DNA of 64,000 nucleotides from NCBI GenBank assembly GCA_037447605.1, contig CM074804.1:2852001-2916000 (forward strand), given 5' to 3'. Origin of the DNA: Zygnema circumcarinatum SAG 698-1b (taxonomy: Eukaryota > Plantae > Zygnematophyceae). Positions 14,501-26,900 of this stretch are shown here, one piece after another. A model generated the notes under the pieces. That model worked only from the letters and a program-made list of their open reading frames with translations. It was not told the origin of the DNA and made no database searches. How positions within the stretch are numbered: position 1 is the stretch's first letter; each line of letters begins with the position of its first letter. The position numbers were made by a program, and so were the translations under genes.

Positions 14501-16619
14501 TCCCCACCCCTGTCTCCCCTTCCCCCTCCCCCCTCCCCCCTCCCCCTCCCCCCCCCCCCACTACCAGGCCCTCCCCTACATCCGCTGCATCGGCGAGTCC
14601 TGGCCCATGACTTTAGAGCGAGCCTACTTTGAGGCGAGCGTCCTCAAGGAACACGGCCGCCTTGCGCCCTCCCATACGCCGCAGCTGCTGCTGTTCGACC
14701 GGCCCATGGCCCTCCTCGCCATGCAGTATTTGGCCCCCCCTCACATCATCCTCAGAAAGGGCCTCATAGCGGCCGTACAGTACCCTCTTCTGGCGGATCA
14801 CATTTCGACTTACCTCGCCAACACTCTCTTCTACACATCGCTTCTGTTTTTGTCGACTACGGAGCATAAAGCTGCAGGTAGGTCTAAAGGCCCCAAAACA
14901 AAGTGTTTGGGTGTTTGGTTTGTTTTCAGTCTTTGGTTGTCGGTAACATGTTCAAGTGGCAACATGTTGTCATGTGTCATGTTGCTTAACTCTTGTTGGC
15001 TACTAACACCGCTGTGTTCTGTTCTGATCCGTTCCGTTCTGTTCCGTTCCGTTCTGTTCCGTTCCGTTCTGACCCGTTCCGTCTCCGTTGAACAGTTGCG
15101 AAATACGCCGGCAACGTGGAAATGTGCCGTTTAACGGAGCAGGTGGTGTTCACGGAACCGTACTGTACGGCCGCCAACAACCGGTGGACCTCCCCGCAGC
15201 TCGACGGCCACGTGGCGGCCCTCCGCAGCGACCCGGACCTCGTGGTCGCCCTCGCGCCCCTCAAGGCCAAGTGAGTGAGGGCTAGGGTTTGCAGGGAGCA
15301 GGAGGGTGAGGGAGACAGAGTGAGTGTGGGAGAGGGAGAGAGAGAGAGAGTGGGAGAGAGGCAGAAGGGGCGGGGGAGGGGGAGAGGGAGAGCAGAGGCG
15401 GAATTTCAGGAAATGGGTATAGTAATACAAGGGGCTCTTGGAGCGCTTAGGTATTTAGGCTTATTATAGGAGGCGTATGGGAATGGAACGGACTGTGAAA
15501 CATTTTGGGTTATTTTTTTCTGCCCTTTTGATGGGAGCGCAGATTCTGTGAGAGGGCTCAGGCGCTGATCCATGGCGACCTCCACACGGGCTCCGTTATG
15601 GTAACGGAACAGAGCACATATGTCATCGATCCCGAGTTCGGGTTCTATGGGCCCATGGCCTTCGATATAGGAGCGTTTTTGGCCAACTTATTTTTGGCCT
15701 ATTTTAGCCAAAATGGCCACAGCAAAAAACCCGGCGACCGCGATGTGAGCTCTCCCTCTCTCTCTCCCTTCCCCTCTCTCTCGTTTTTTCCCCTTCCCTC
15801 TCCCTCCCACCCTCTCAAGCCTCACCTTCCTGGTCCGGAAAACTTAACTGATGGGCGATATTGTGGTTTCTTGACATTGTTCAACTGCGTTTTCCTGGGT
15901 ATTTATTTTGAGTTTATCCGGTCGTTGTGGCGGGAGTGTTCAGACCTACAAGGAATGGATCCTGAAGACAATAGTGGAGACCTGGGAGCTGTTTTCTGCC
16001 AAGTTTGTGGCTCTGTGGGAGAAGCATGCGGGAGAGGGAGAGGGAGAGGGAGAGGGAGAGGGAGAGGGAGAGAGAGGGGTGGGAGACGCATACCCCGCAG
16101 CGCTCTACCCCTCTCCGGGGGTTCGCAGACCAGCGCAAGAGGCCTTCCTGGCGGAGCTCTTCGCCGACTCGCTCGGATTCGCGGCGGCAAAGATGATTCG
16201 GTAAGGCAACTCTCCTTTAAGGTAACCCTAAAAAGTTACCAAATGGCACCAAGAACCCTAACAAGCGAGAGGGGGACCATAACCCCTTTACACATAAGTC
16301 CCGGCGTAACCTTAGGAATCGGAAGTCTTAGTGCTCTTGAAACCCTAGAAGTGAAGAGAATGTTACTGGTTCCGTGCGGATAACGTGCGTGTTCGAGTAA
16401 CTGGTCACGGAAACTGCAACTGAACTCATGTAACTTGCTTGCAGGCGGATTGTTGGAATCGCCCACGTGGAGGACTTGGAGAGCATCGCGGACCCGGACA
16501 TTCGGGCGAAGTGTGAAGGGAGGGCCCTCGCCTTCGCCCGCCGGATGATGAAGGAGAGGGCGGGGCTCTATGCCGCCGTGGCTGCCGTCGTGGCGGACCT
16601 CAGAGCTGCGGACCGTTAA
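8873..16619 (+). CDS. MTI1-MTK1: Bifunctional methylthioribose-1-phosphate isomerase / methylthioribose kinase fusion (methionine salvage, Yang cycle), ~870 aa
   Basis: 14 phase-consistent exons: 8873-9013, 9588-9643, 10008-10163, 10729-10828, 11656-11804, 12038-12143, 12692-12830, 13016-13284, 13680-14057, 14568-14877, 15096-15270, 15543-15744, 15944-16200, 16445-16619 (2613 nt). MTI motifs: [75 protein letters not shown] motifs: [58 protein letters not shown]. Confidence 0.93.
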
Positions 16620-17949
16620 ACTGCGGCACATGGAAATGGGGGCCGGTTATGGGAGGGTTAATTACGTTTTCAAAGTCGTTTTTTTGTTGTTAGTTGCGGC
16701 TTCCTATTGTCGATTTTAGCGAAGAGAGGATGGGGATACTTTTAGGGTTTAGGTTTCACAATTCAGGGTTTAGGGTTCGGAGGAAGGCGGGTGGTGACGA
16801 AAGAGACGGTGTCGAAAAGAAAAGAAAACGATGAGTATCCTTGAGGGAGACGTGCTTTGGACGTTGAGACATGGCCCGTTTGTATGTCGCAAGGAGGTCA
16901 ATCATTTGCTCAGTTGACCAGCGAACTTTGAGAATTTTGGGGAAACCTGGAAGTTAAATTACTTGAAAAAGTAGACTAGAGAAAAAGATAAACATTAAAT
17001 ACCGAAAAATCGGTCTCCAGTGAAGTAAATCATATGGTGTATGGAAAGTCCGTAGAAGTCACAGAGCGAGGCGTTTCTATGCTCCACATTTGCAGTTCGC
17101 TGGAACTCAATAAGGGGGAGTCAGACCTTGACCATAGGTTACGAAATTCCCGAATTCCTTATACTAAAAGTCACTTCTTTCGTGTACGAATTCCGGGTCG
17201 GGATCCGCGGCTCCGCCGTACACAGCCATACCGAAATGTGTACCTAGCAAATGCTTAATTCGCCCGACAGGCTTATGAAATTGATTTGGCTATTATCATG
17301 GTCTTACTCCCCCTATTCGGTGGTGGTCGTGGTGGCGCGATTTTAGCTCTCCGCCGTCCGATGAATGATCTGACGGCCCACAGCGCTTCCCAAGATCGGG
17401 GAACCGTGGCACATTTTTCCTGCACGTCCGTGCACCGCCGTACAACTGTCCCCTTGCCTATGCGACGTGGCGGAGACATTGGATGCCACGTGGCGGCCAT
17501 TACACGTGTTCCTTCCACGTCGTCACCCCGCAATCCAAACGATGGGACCGAGATCCACAGTAATGGATCCACAAAGAGTAGATCCGTACAAGGAGGAGGA
17601 ACTTCACGCAAACTTCAACCGAAAATCCGACTCCGGAACACCGAGTCTACCGCTGGGATCGTCGTTGATCACAGGGAAGTGGATTTAACTTGAACTATTG
17701 ATCCGATGAGTACGAGACGATGCTTAGCAAGCAGGCCACACCGACACCCTCACCCCTCCGAGCGCCCCCCTTCCCTCCGCCATTTTTCTCCCCCCCAGCC
17801 CCTCTCCATCTCCCTGCCTCTCCCTTCCTCCCCCCCTCCCTCCCTCACTCCCTCCCTCTCCAATTTTCTATTCCCTTCTTTAAATCGAATCTTCGGCTGA
17901 AAGCTGCTTTCTGAGGAGGGAGTACTAGGCAGAGCAAGCTTCCGGGAAG

Positions 17950-20900
17950 ATGACTCGCGGGGGTTCAGAGGCGCCGCTGCTGGGTGACGGGCGGCGCGAG
18001 GGTGGCGGCAGCTCTGCGGAGGGAGGTGGGCGCAGGGCTTAAGCCGTCCTGAAATTCATTGTCCCTTTTTTTTCAGACTTTCTCTCTCCTGTCTCTCTCC
18101 CCTCCCTCCTCCATGTTCCCGCTCCCTCCCTTTCACTCTCTCTCCACTTGTCCTTTCACCCCCCTCTCCCTCCTCTCCCTTTCTCTCCTTCTTTACCAGG
18201 CATTGCCACGTAGCGGATGACAGCTGGCAGCCGGGAAGGACGCAGGCTCAAAGGCGCGTGATGACGTGGCGGAGGCGCTAAAGCGCGGGCTGCCACTTGG
18301 CCGCCGCGTGGCAGCGCTCGGGCTCGGCAACAACTACGAGAAGGCCGCCGCGCTCGTCGACAAGGTGATGACACGTGGCGTGTGATGCAAATGCCGTCCG
18401 GTGATGTAGCCCCTCGGGTGATGTAGGGCCATTTGTGCATACATGCTCATCAACATCATCATCATTTAATCATAATTGTCAGGTTAATATTGTGAGTGTT
18501 TTCGGTTTAAGAAAAAAAAAAGAAAAAAAATAAAAATAAAAAAATTTATTATACAAGGCAAATTAAAATTTGGATTTTCTATATTCGGTTAAAAGGACGT
18601 TGTATTTTTAGAAAATTGTTTTTTTCTACAGGCAATGGATGGAGAGGGGCTTCCCGCGGGAGTGCTGGAGGGGCTGAAGGAGGGAGGAAGCAGAGCCCAT
18701 TTAAGCTATTTCCTTTCCACACTTTTTGAGCCGGTCTGGAATTTAAATCTGCTTCTGCTCTTCCTGCTTAACTTTGTCGAGGTGAGAGCCAGATGACAAC
18801 CTTCGCAATTATTATTTTTTGACTTTCGAGAGGTATTTCTGGCGGGGTAACTCTCTCTTTCTCCCTCCCCCTCTCGCTTGTCCTTCACTACCTTAGGGTT
18901 CTGGTTTTCTTTATTGATTTTCCTCTTCAATGACAGGTACCGTTATGGTGCAAAGAAACTTTTCCGAGTCCATGTGGAGATGAGGAGCATTTCGGACTCA
19001 GCAGAATTCCGTTCATTTCAAGGAAACTAAGTTTTGGACTGGAAGTGAGACACTTTCACATATTTTATTTTTTATTAAATTAAGTTATCAATTTATTACA
19101 TTTCTGATACGATTTTTTCATACATTAAGACACAGTCCATGACAATGTTTCCGCATTTCTCCTCCTTCTTTTTCAAGTTTATCCGTTTTTTTGTTGTATC
19201 TCTTTGTCGATTTAAGGGGATCCTCGGATCTCTTCCCCTCCCCCTCCCCCTCCCNNNNNNNNNNTCCCCCTCTCCTTTCCCCTCTCCCTCTCCGTTGCCC
19301 TTTCCTTCTCCCACTCCCTCTATTGAAGGTATTTAAAATCTTCATATATTTTTCTTTTTTTCTTAACAGCTCCTTACATTCACGGTGGTTGTGCTTCAAA
19401 CCTTTTGGCCTCTCTCTTACATGAAGAGGAAGGCATTTTTTGCGCTCGGATTCGATCTTGCGCGAGTAAGAAAATGTTTACCCCTTTATCCTCATTTTTC
19501 TACAATTTTTTTTTCTTTAACGCAAAATTCAATCCTGCTATTCATTGCGTATGTTAGGGTGGAACCGTGTTGCTTCCAACAGTCCGCTCCGCTTCTCGGA
19601 GTAAACAAAGAAAACGCAGCACTAGGATGAGAGGAGAGTTGAGTGGGAGGGGGAGAGAGACAGTGAGAGAGAGAGAGAGACGACTTTCAATCATACCCAG
19701 AATCCCGAAATGAAATCATTTCTCACTTCTTCCCCTTCCCCGTCCCTTTTTTTCTTTCCAAAATTCCTCGTTCCCTCATGTGTCTAAGCGCACCGTTACC
19801 GATCCGTTGCTGTGATCGGTTGCAGGTCGTTCTGTGCGCGCTGTTGAGCGTTGACCTGGTCTTCTACGCGCTCTATGTGTTTAATTTCCAGCGCGGACCC
19901 GTTGTAAATCTTCCGTTCCGTGCTGCTCCGTATCTCCGTATTCTTATCATTATTCTCAGTTCCACGTAAGTTACTTGTGATATGACAATATCGGTTTTTT
20001 ATTGTTTTCCAATCCTCAAATCTTAAAGATGACTAAAACCTTGAAATTTTGGGATCTCAAACGAACTGGTATGCTTAAAACCTGCGCCTTCTACCTTGTT
20101 TTCCCTTTCTCCTTCTCTCTGTTTCGTGATTTTAATGTATTTATCTTTATCCTTTTTGTTTCCGGCCACCTTTGTGCCCACAGGCAACTCGGATTTTCAT
20201 TTTCTTTCTTTGTTATCAAGATTTATATATTGATTTATTTGGTTTGTAGCTTATTTATTGCAGGAACCTTCGACGCATTGTTGTAATCTTTTTCGCGTCT
20301 TTTGTCAATTTCCTGGATATTGGGGTACGAACCATTTGCAAGTGGCTTTTGCCTTTTCCCTGTTCTTTTTTTGTCAGTTCAGCGTTTCTAAATCGCGTAG
20401 GCTCTTGATGGATACCAGATCCATATCGTTCCGGTAAAAACATACAGCTTACGACCAAAACGAGAGAGAGAGAACGAAACAGAGAGGGAGAGTATGTAAG
20501 CGAGAGAGAAAGAGCGCACGCGAGAGAGAGGGAAGGCGAGAGGGAGGGAGGGAGGGAGGGAGGGAGGGAGGGAGGGAGGGAGGGAAGGGGGGAGAGGGAA
20601 GCTGTTTCATAGCAGCAATGTGGGGTAAATGAGAGACTAATATTCCCAGTTTGCGGCGGGCAGGTGTTCCTTGCGCTGTACGTTCTGTTTTGGAGTTGGC
20701 TCGCGTACCTCCTCTTCGAGGACACCCCGCAGGGCGCGGCCTTCAGCTCGTACGGCGCGACGCTCTACCGCATGCACGCGCTGCTGCAGACGCAGGACTC
20801 GCCCGACGAGTGGCTGCCCGCCTTCAAGTCAGGACTACCACAAACCCTAACCCCTAACCCCAACCCTAGCCCTAGCCTTAAACTTCAAAGGAAACGCGAG

Positions 20901-23900
20901 CTGGACGAAACTCTCATCGAGCGCTGGCAATATCGTGAATGAAAGGACGTCCTAAAGCCTAAACTGGAAGGGTGCAAAGCCGCGTGAGTATGGCGCAGTT
21001 CCGAGCTCAGCAGCGGCGACAGCGGCGATGCAATCTGAGCGTGCCATCGAGTAGCACGCCGTATTATAGGTCACGTCACGTTCGCATGCAGCTGCATGAG
21101 AAGTTCACGACGTAGCGACGTCGGCGACGTCGGCGACGCCGTACGGTTTCGGCGCGTCGCGAGGTGGAAACCGTGCGAGGAACAGGTCATCGCCTTGCGG
21201 TCGCACGTCTGTCGTGCGACTGAGTCGCACAGCCAGGCACAGCGCGCCGCGGCAAAAGCGCGCGACGCCGCCGTTCAGCAGAGGCGTAGTCGTGACAACA
21301 ATCACTCCGCTGAATTGGGAATACTTCTCATATTGTTTGGCCCCCGCATATTGTCTCGATGAACAAAAAACCTCCATTTTAAAGCGTCTTGAAATATTGA
21401 AGCCTTACAAGATTATTCTTAATTTCTGGTTAGCCACCTACAAGCAGGGTATTAGGCTTCTAAAATTGCTAACTGCATCGGTGCTCTAGTTTTCTTGAAT
21501 CCAACATTTGGGAAACCGTAAATTGGAAACAAATTCTGTCTTCTTGTTCTATGCGTGTCGCAGGACATCGAGAATTTCGTGCATTTTCTTCATGGTGTAC
21601 CTCGTCTTCGGTTTGTACTTCATAATGAATTTGGTTCTGGCGGTCATTTTCGACAGTTTCAAAGAAAGGGTGACCTCTCTAAGCCTCCGCATCTTCCCCT
21701 CACATTCGGGCCACGAGGGAAGAGTTGAGTCTTTGAATGGTTCATGGTTTCTCTGGCCTTAGAAAAGCTGTAAAGGGACAATTGTGTCTTCAAATGTGGT
21801 GCTTCTCTTGATTCCATTATAAGATTCTAGGTCTGATTGAGATTCGTCTCCCTCTGTCTCTCTCACACACAAACACTCTGCCCCCTTCCTCTCTTTAACT
21901 AGATGATGTCCCCCACTTATTGTCCCTGTATGACGTCGTTCTCTCTCCGTTCATCACCCGCTTTCTCACATTCCCTCACTCTGCTTTTCTCTGTCCGTCT
22001 CTCACTGTGGGTGAAAATGCTTACAATCTCTCTTTCTCTCTCCCCCTCCGTGGGACCACAGTTGGGAGAAGACTATAAGAGGGAGAATGAGCGGCAGCGC
22101 CTCACGCTCGAGCACGTCTTCTCTCTGCTGGACGAAGATGTGAGGCTGAGGATAAACCCTTTCTGCCAAAGCTAAGGAAGAGAGAAAGGAATCAAAGAAA
22201 TGCGCCAAAGGTTGTTATGTTCAACTGGCTGAATGCAATAGACTATGTTCACCATGCAACTGCAGGGTTTGTGTTTTTAAGGTTTCACGAATCGTAGAAA
22301 TGGAGGGTAATTGGAGCAGGAACTATCATTCCTGTCTCATGCGCAAGTGTCCTGCCCTCTCCATTTCTCCCTTTCTTTCTCTCTTTCTGTCTCTCTCTCT
22401 CTCCCCCCTCTCCCTCTCTCCCTCCCCCCTCTCTCGCTCCATCTCTTCTGCGCATCGTCACTTTCCTCACTTCTTTCAAAACCACAAGCATCAATGCTTA
22501 GTTTACATGTTGTCTCTCTGCAGTTCTGACATAACAAATTTCACATTTACTCATCACATCACCATGCTGCATCGCATATCACATTATCCACAAGATTACA
22601 TTATCATTATTGCTTTCATAAAGCCAAATTGTATATGTCGTCGCGCTACAGGGCCGCGGATATCTCGATTTCCCTCAAATTTGTCGCCTGCTTGAAGAGC
22701 TGAACCGCTACAGGTGCATTTTTCTTTCCCCTTTCTTTTTGTCTTTTGTCTTTTTTTCATTTTTCTTAAAATTTTAAATCCCGAAGGCGTGCCCTGGAAA
22801 CCCTAATTTTGGCGGATGTGGCGGAGTGGGCCCGCAGGATGGTGCCCATGGTGAAGGCGGACCACATGGACGAAGTTTTCGCCACCATGGATGACTCGCA
22901 TGACAAGAAAGTGAGTGTTTTTAAGTTTTTAGTTTCAAGAGATACTAAAAACGTTGTTCGGGGAAAATAATTGTTGTGTTTTCTGGGTTTTCCGGGAAAT
23001 TTCGGGTACGATCCTTTGAAACTTGAAAATGCATCATTCGTTTGGTATTTAAAGTTTGAGAAAATCTGGTTTGAATTTTGGTTTCTGGGCGGGGCAAGTA
23101 TGGCAGATCTCGGTGGATGAATTTTTGGACTTATGCAGAATCATGAGCCTCCGATTCAGGGATCCCAACGAGGTCAGGAAATGCAAACGTTTTCACTCAT
23201 TTGTTTTTCAAATGGCAAGAAAGTTCAAGGGAGGTTTATGGTTTGAATGTCAATGTTTAATTCCTCATTCGTTTTAGATATTTTCTTTTTTTTTCACTTT
23301 TCTCTACCATCAAGAAAAAACCATCACACGAGCGTTTACTTTCTTTTAAGAAAGTTAACCTTATTTGAAGGCGTAAAGTAATTTCATTCTTCTTATTGGT
23401 TAGGAGGGAGATTAAGTGAAATCCTGCCTTATTTTCCTTCCCCTTCCTCGTTTGCCTTTCTCCGCTTGTCCTCTCTCTCTCCCTTTCCCCGTCACCCTCG
23501 TCCCCTCCTCCCATTCTGTATCCCTCCCCGTTACTGCCGCCATCCGTTCTACTTCCTATTTCCCCTNNNNNNNNNNAACATTTGGGAAACCGTAAATTGG
23601 AAACAAATTCTGTCTTCTTGTTCTATGCGTGTCGCAGGACATCGAGAATTTCGTGCATTTTCTTCATGGTGTACCTCGTCTTCGGTTTGTACTTCATAAT
23701 GAATTTGGTTCTGGCGGTCATTTTCGACAGTTTCAAAGAAAGGGTGACCTCTCTAAGCCTCCGCATCTTCCCCTCACATTCGGGCCACGAGGGAAGAGTT
23801 GAGTCTTTGAATGGTTCATGGTTTCTCTGGCCTTAGAAAAGCTGTAAAGGGACAATTGTGTCTTCAAATGTGGTGCTTCTCTTGATTCCATTATAAGATT

Positions 23901-26900
23901 CTAGGTCTGATTGAGATTCGTCTCCCTCTGTCTCTCTCACACACAAACACTCTGCCCCCTTCCTCTCTTTAACTAGATGATGTCCCCCACTTATTGTCCC
24001 TGTATGACGTCGTTCTCTCTCCGTTCATCACCCGCTTTCTCACATTCCCTCACTCTGCTTTTCTCTGTCCGTCTCTCACTGTGGGTGAAAATGCTTACAA
24101 TCTCTCTTTCTCTCTCCCCCTCCGTGGGACCACAGTTGGGAGAAGACTATAAGAGGGAGAATGAGCGGCAGCGCCTCACGCTCGAGCACGTCTTCTCTCT
24201 GCTGGACGAAGATGTGAGGCTGAGGATAAACCCTTTCTGCCAAAGCTAAGGAAGAGAGAAAGGAATCAAAGAAATGCGCCAAAGGTTGTTATGTTCAACT
24301 GGCTGAATGCAATAGACTATGTTCACCATGCAACTGCAGGGTTTGTGTTTTTAAGGTTTCACGAATCGTAGAAATGGAGGGTAATTGGAGCAGGAACTAT
24401 CATTCCTGTCTCATGCGCAAGTGTCCTGCCCTCTCCATTTCTCCCTTTCTTTCTCTCTTTCTGTCTCTCTCTCTCTCCCCCCTCTCCCTCTCTCCCTCCC
24501 CCCTCTCTCGCTCCATCTCTTCTGCGCATCGTCACTTTCCTCACTTCTTTCAAAACCACAAGCATCAATGCTTAGTTTACATGTTGTCTCTCTGCAGTTC
24601 TGACATAACAAATTTCACATTTACTCATCACATCACCATGCTGCATCGCATATCACATTATCCACAAGATTACATTATCATTATTGCTTTCATAAAGCCA
24701 AATTGTATATGTCGTCGCGCTACAGGGCCGCGGATATCTCGATTTCCCTCAAATTTGTCGCCTGCTTGAAGAGCTGAACCGCTACAGGTGCATTTTTCTT
24801 TCCCCTTTCTTTTTGTCTTTTGTCTTTTTTTCATTTTTCTTAAAATTTTAAATCCCGAAGGCGTGCCCTGGAAACCCTAATTTTGGCGGATGTGGCGGAG
24901 TGAATATCATTGTTCGAGAAAATAATTATTTATTGTTTTCTGGGTTTTCCGGGAAATTTCGGGTACGATCCTTTGAAACTTGAAAATGCATCATTCGTTT
25001 GGTATTTAAAGTTTGAGAAAATCTGGTTTGAATTTTGGTTTCTGGGCGGGGCAAGTATGGCAGATCTCGGTGGATGAATTTTTGGACTTATGCAGAATCA
25101 TGAGCCTCCGATTCAGGGATCCCAACGAGGTCAGGAAATGCAAACGTTTTCACTCATTTGTTTTTCAAATGGCAAGAAAGTTCAAGGGAGGTTTATGGTT
25201 TGAATGTCAATGTTTAATTCCTCATTCGTTTTAGATATTTTCTTTTTTTTTCACTTTTCTCTACCATCAAGAAAAAACCATCACACGAGCGTTTACTTTC
25301 TTTTAAGAAAGTTAACCTTATTTGAAGGCGTAAAGTAATTTCATTCTTCTTATTGGTTAGGAGGGAGATTAAGTGAAATCCTGCCTTATTTTCCTTCCCC
25401 TTCCTCGTTTGCCTTTCTCCGCTTGTCCTCTCTCTCTCCCTTTCCCCGTCACCCTCGTCCCCTCCTCCCATTCTGTATCCCTCCCCGTTACTGCCGCCAT
25501 CCGTTCTACTTCCTATTTCCCCTGCCTCTCCTCCTTCAACCTTTGCCCTCCTCCCCACCATCTTTCCCTCAACTCTCGCTCTCTTCTCTCCCATCCCTCT
25601 CCTACTTTTCTCATTCCCCACCCCCGCAACTCCCACTCCCCCTTTCCCTCCCCCCCACTCACCTCCTCATCCGCTCTCCTTCTCTCCCACTCTTTCGCTC
25701 TCCCCCTCTCCCCCAACTCCCACTCCCCCCCTCTCCCTCCCTCCCCCTCACCTCCTCATCCGCTCTCCTTCTCTCCCACTCTTTCGCTCTTTCGCTCTCC
25801 TCCTCTCCCCTTCTCCCCTTCTCTCCCCCTCACCCCCCCTCCCCCTCTCCCCCTCTCCCGCTCTCCTGATCTCCCGCTCTTTCGCTCTCCTTCCCTTCTC
25901 TCCCTCTCCCCCCTCCCTCCCTCCCTCCCTCCCTCCCTCCCCCCAGAGCCCCTTCCTGGAGAGGTGCGCCCCCACCCTTTGGCGGTCGCGCGGGGCGGAG
26001 CGCGTGAAGGCGTTCGTGCGCGGGCCGCACCTCGATAAAGTCATTTGGGCTGTGCTCGGAGTCAACCTTGTCATCATTGCCGTCGAGACCTCTGTACGGA
26101 TCAACCCTAAAGCGCTTTAAATTGCTGAACGCTGCCCCTCTCCCCTTCGCTTTTCTTTCCTTTTTAAAAATCAAACATTTTTTTGGCTAAGCTTTGCAAT
26201 GAATGGTGAAATGGCAATTTGATCATTTTTCCACATCTCAAATCGAATTTTGGATGGACTGGATGTTTTTGCAGCTCGATGTGAGCGACTCCAAACTGCA
26301 AAAGCTGTGGATTCCCGTGGAACATGCTATCGGTGAGTTCCGTTCGCCGTTCCGTTGAATTAAACAAAGTCGCTCCCTTCTCAAACGACTAGAATTCGTC
26401 CGAATTTCGCAGTATAGCAGTAGAACTGTGCCTCATGGAAACTGTTGGCGGTTACGGAACAGGGTGGCTCTATGTGCTGGAGATGGTCTTGAAAGTTTCC
26501 GTTTTTGGGTTCAACGCCTATTGGAGAGATTCGCAGAACCGCTTCGATTTTACCGTTACAATTCTCACGTGTGAGCTTTCATTTCAACTTGAACAGCTTC
26601 AGCTTTAACATGAACGAGCCAGGGAGACGAGAAATAGTGATGCTTTGGCTAATTGCGGGAGAGAGAGAGAGAGAGAGGGAGAGGGATCAGTGTCTTTAGA
26701 ACCTGAACGATTTCTTATTCTTGTTACTGCTTGAATTGTTTTTTGCCCGTTTTACCATTTGTTTGCTGGGCTGCAGTGGTGGGAGAGCTACTCCTGCTGC
26801 TGCTGCCAAACGGAGTGCCGTTCATTGACGACCAGGAATGGTGGGCTGCACTTCCTGCAACTTCGTCCATTTGCATTTGGATAAGTGGATTCCTTTCTCA

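Noticed and set aside
19255-19264. 10-N blocks (also 23567, 27171, 48451)
   Set aside because: They are assembly gaps at C/T-rich repeats, not biological features.
20880-21310. CpG-rich intronic block in TPC as a possible TE insertion or nested gene
   Set aside because: No TIRs, TSD, recognisable protein motif or second copy is visible.
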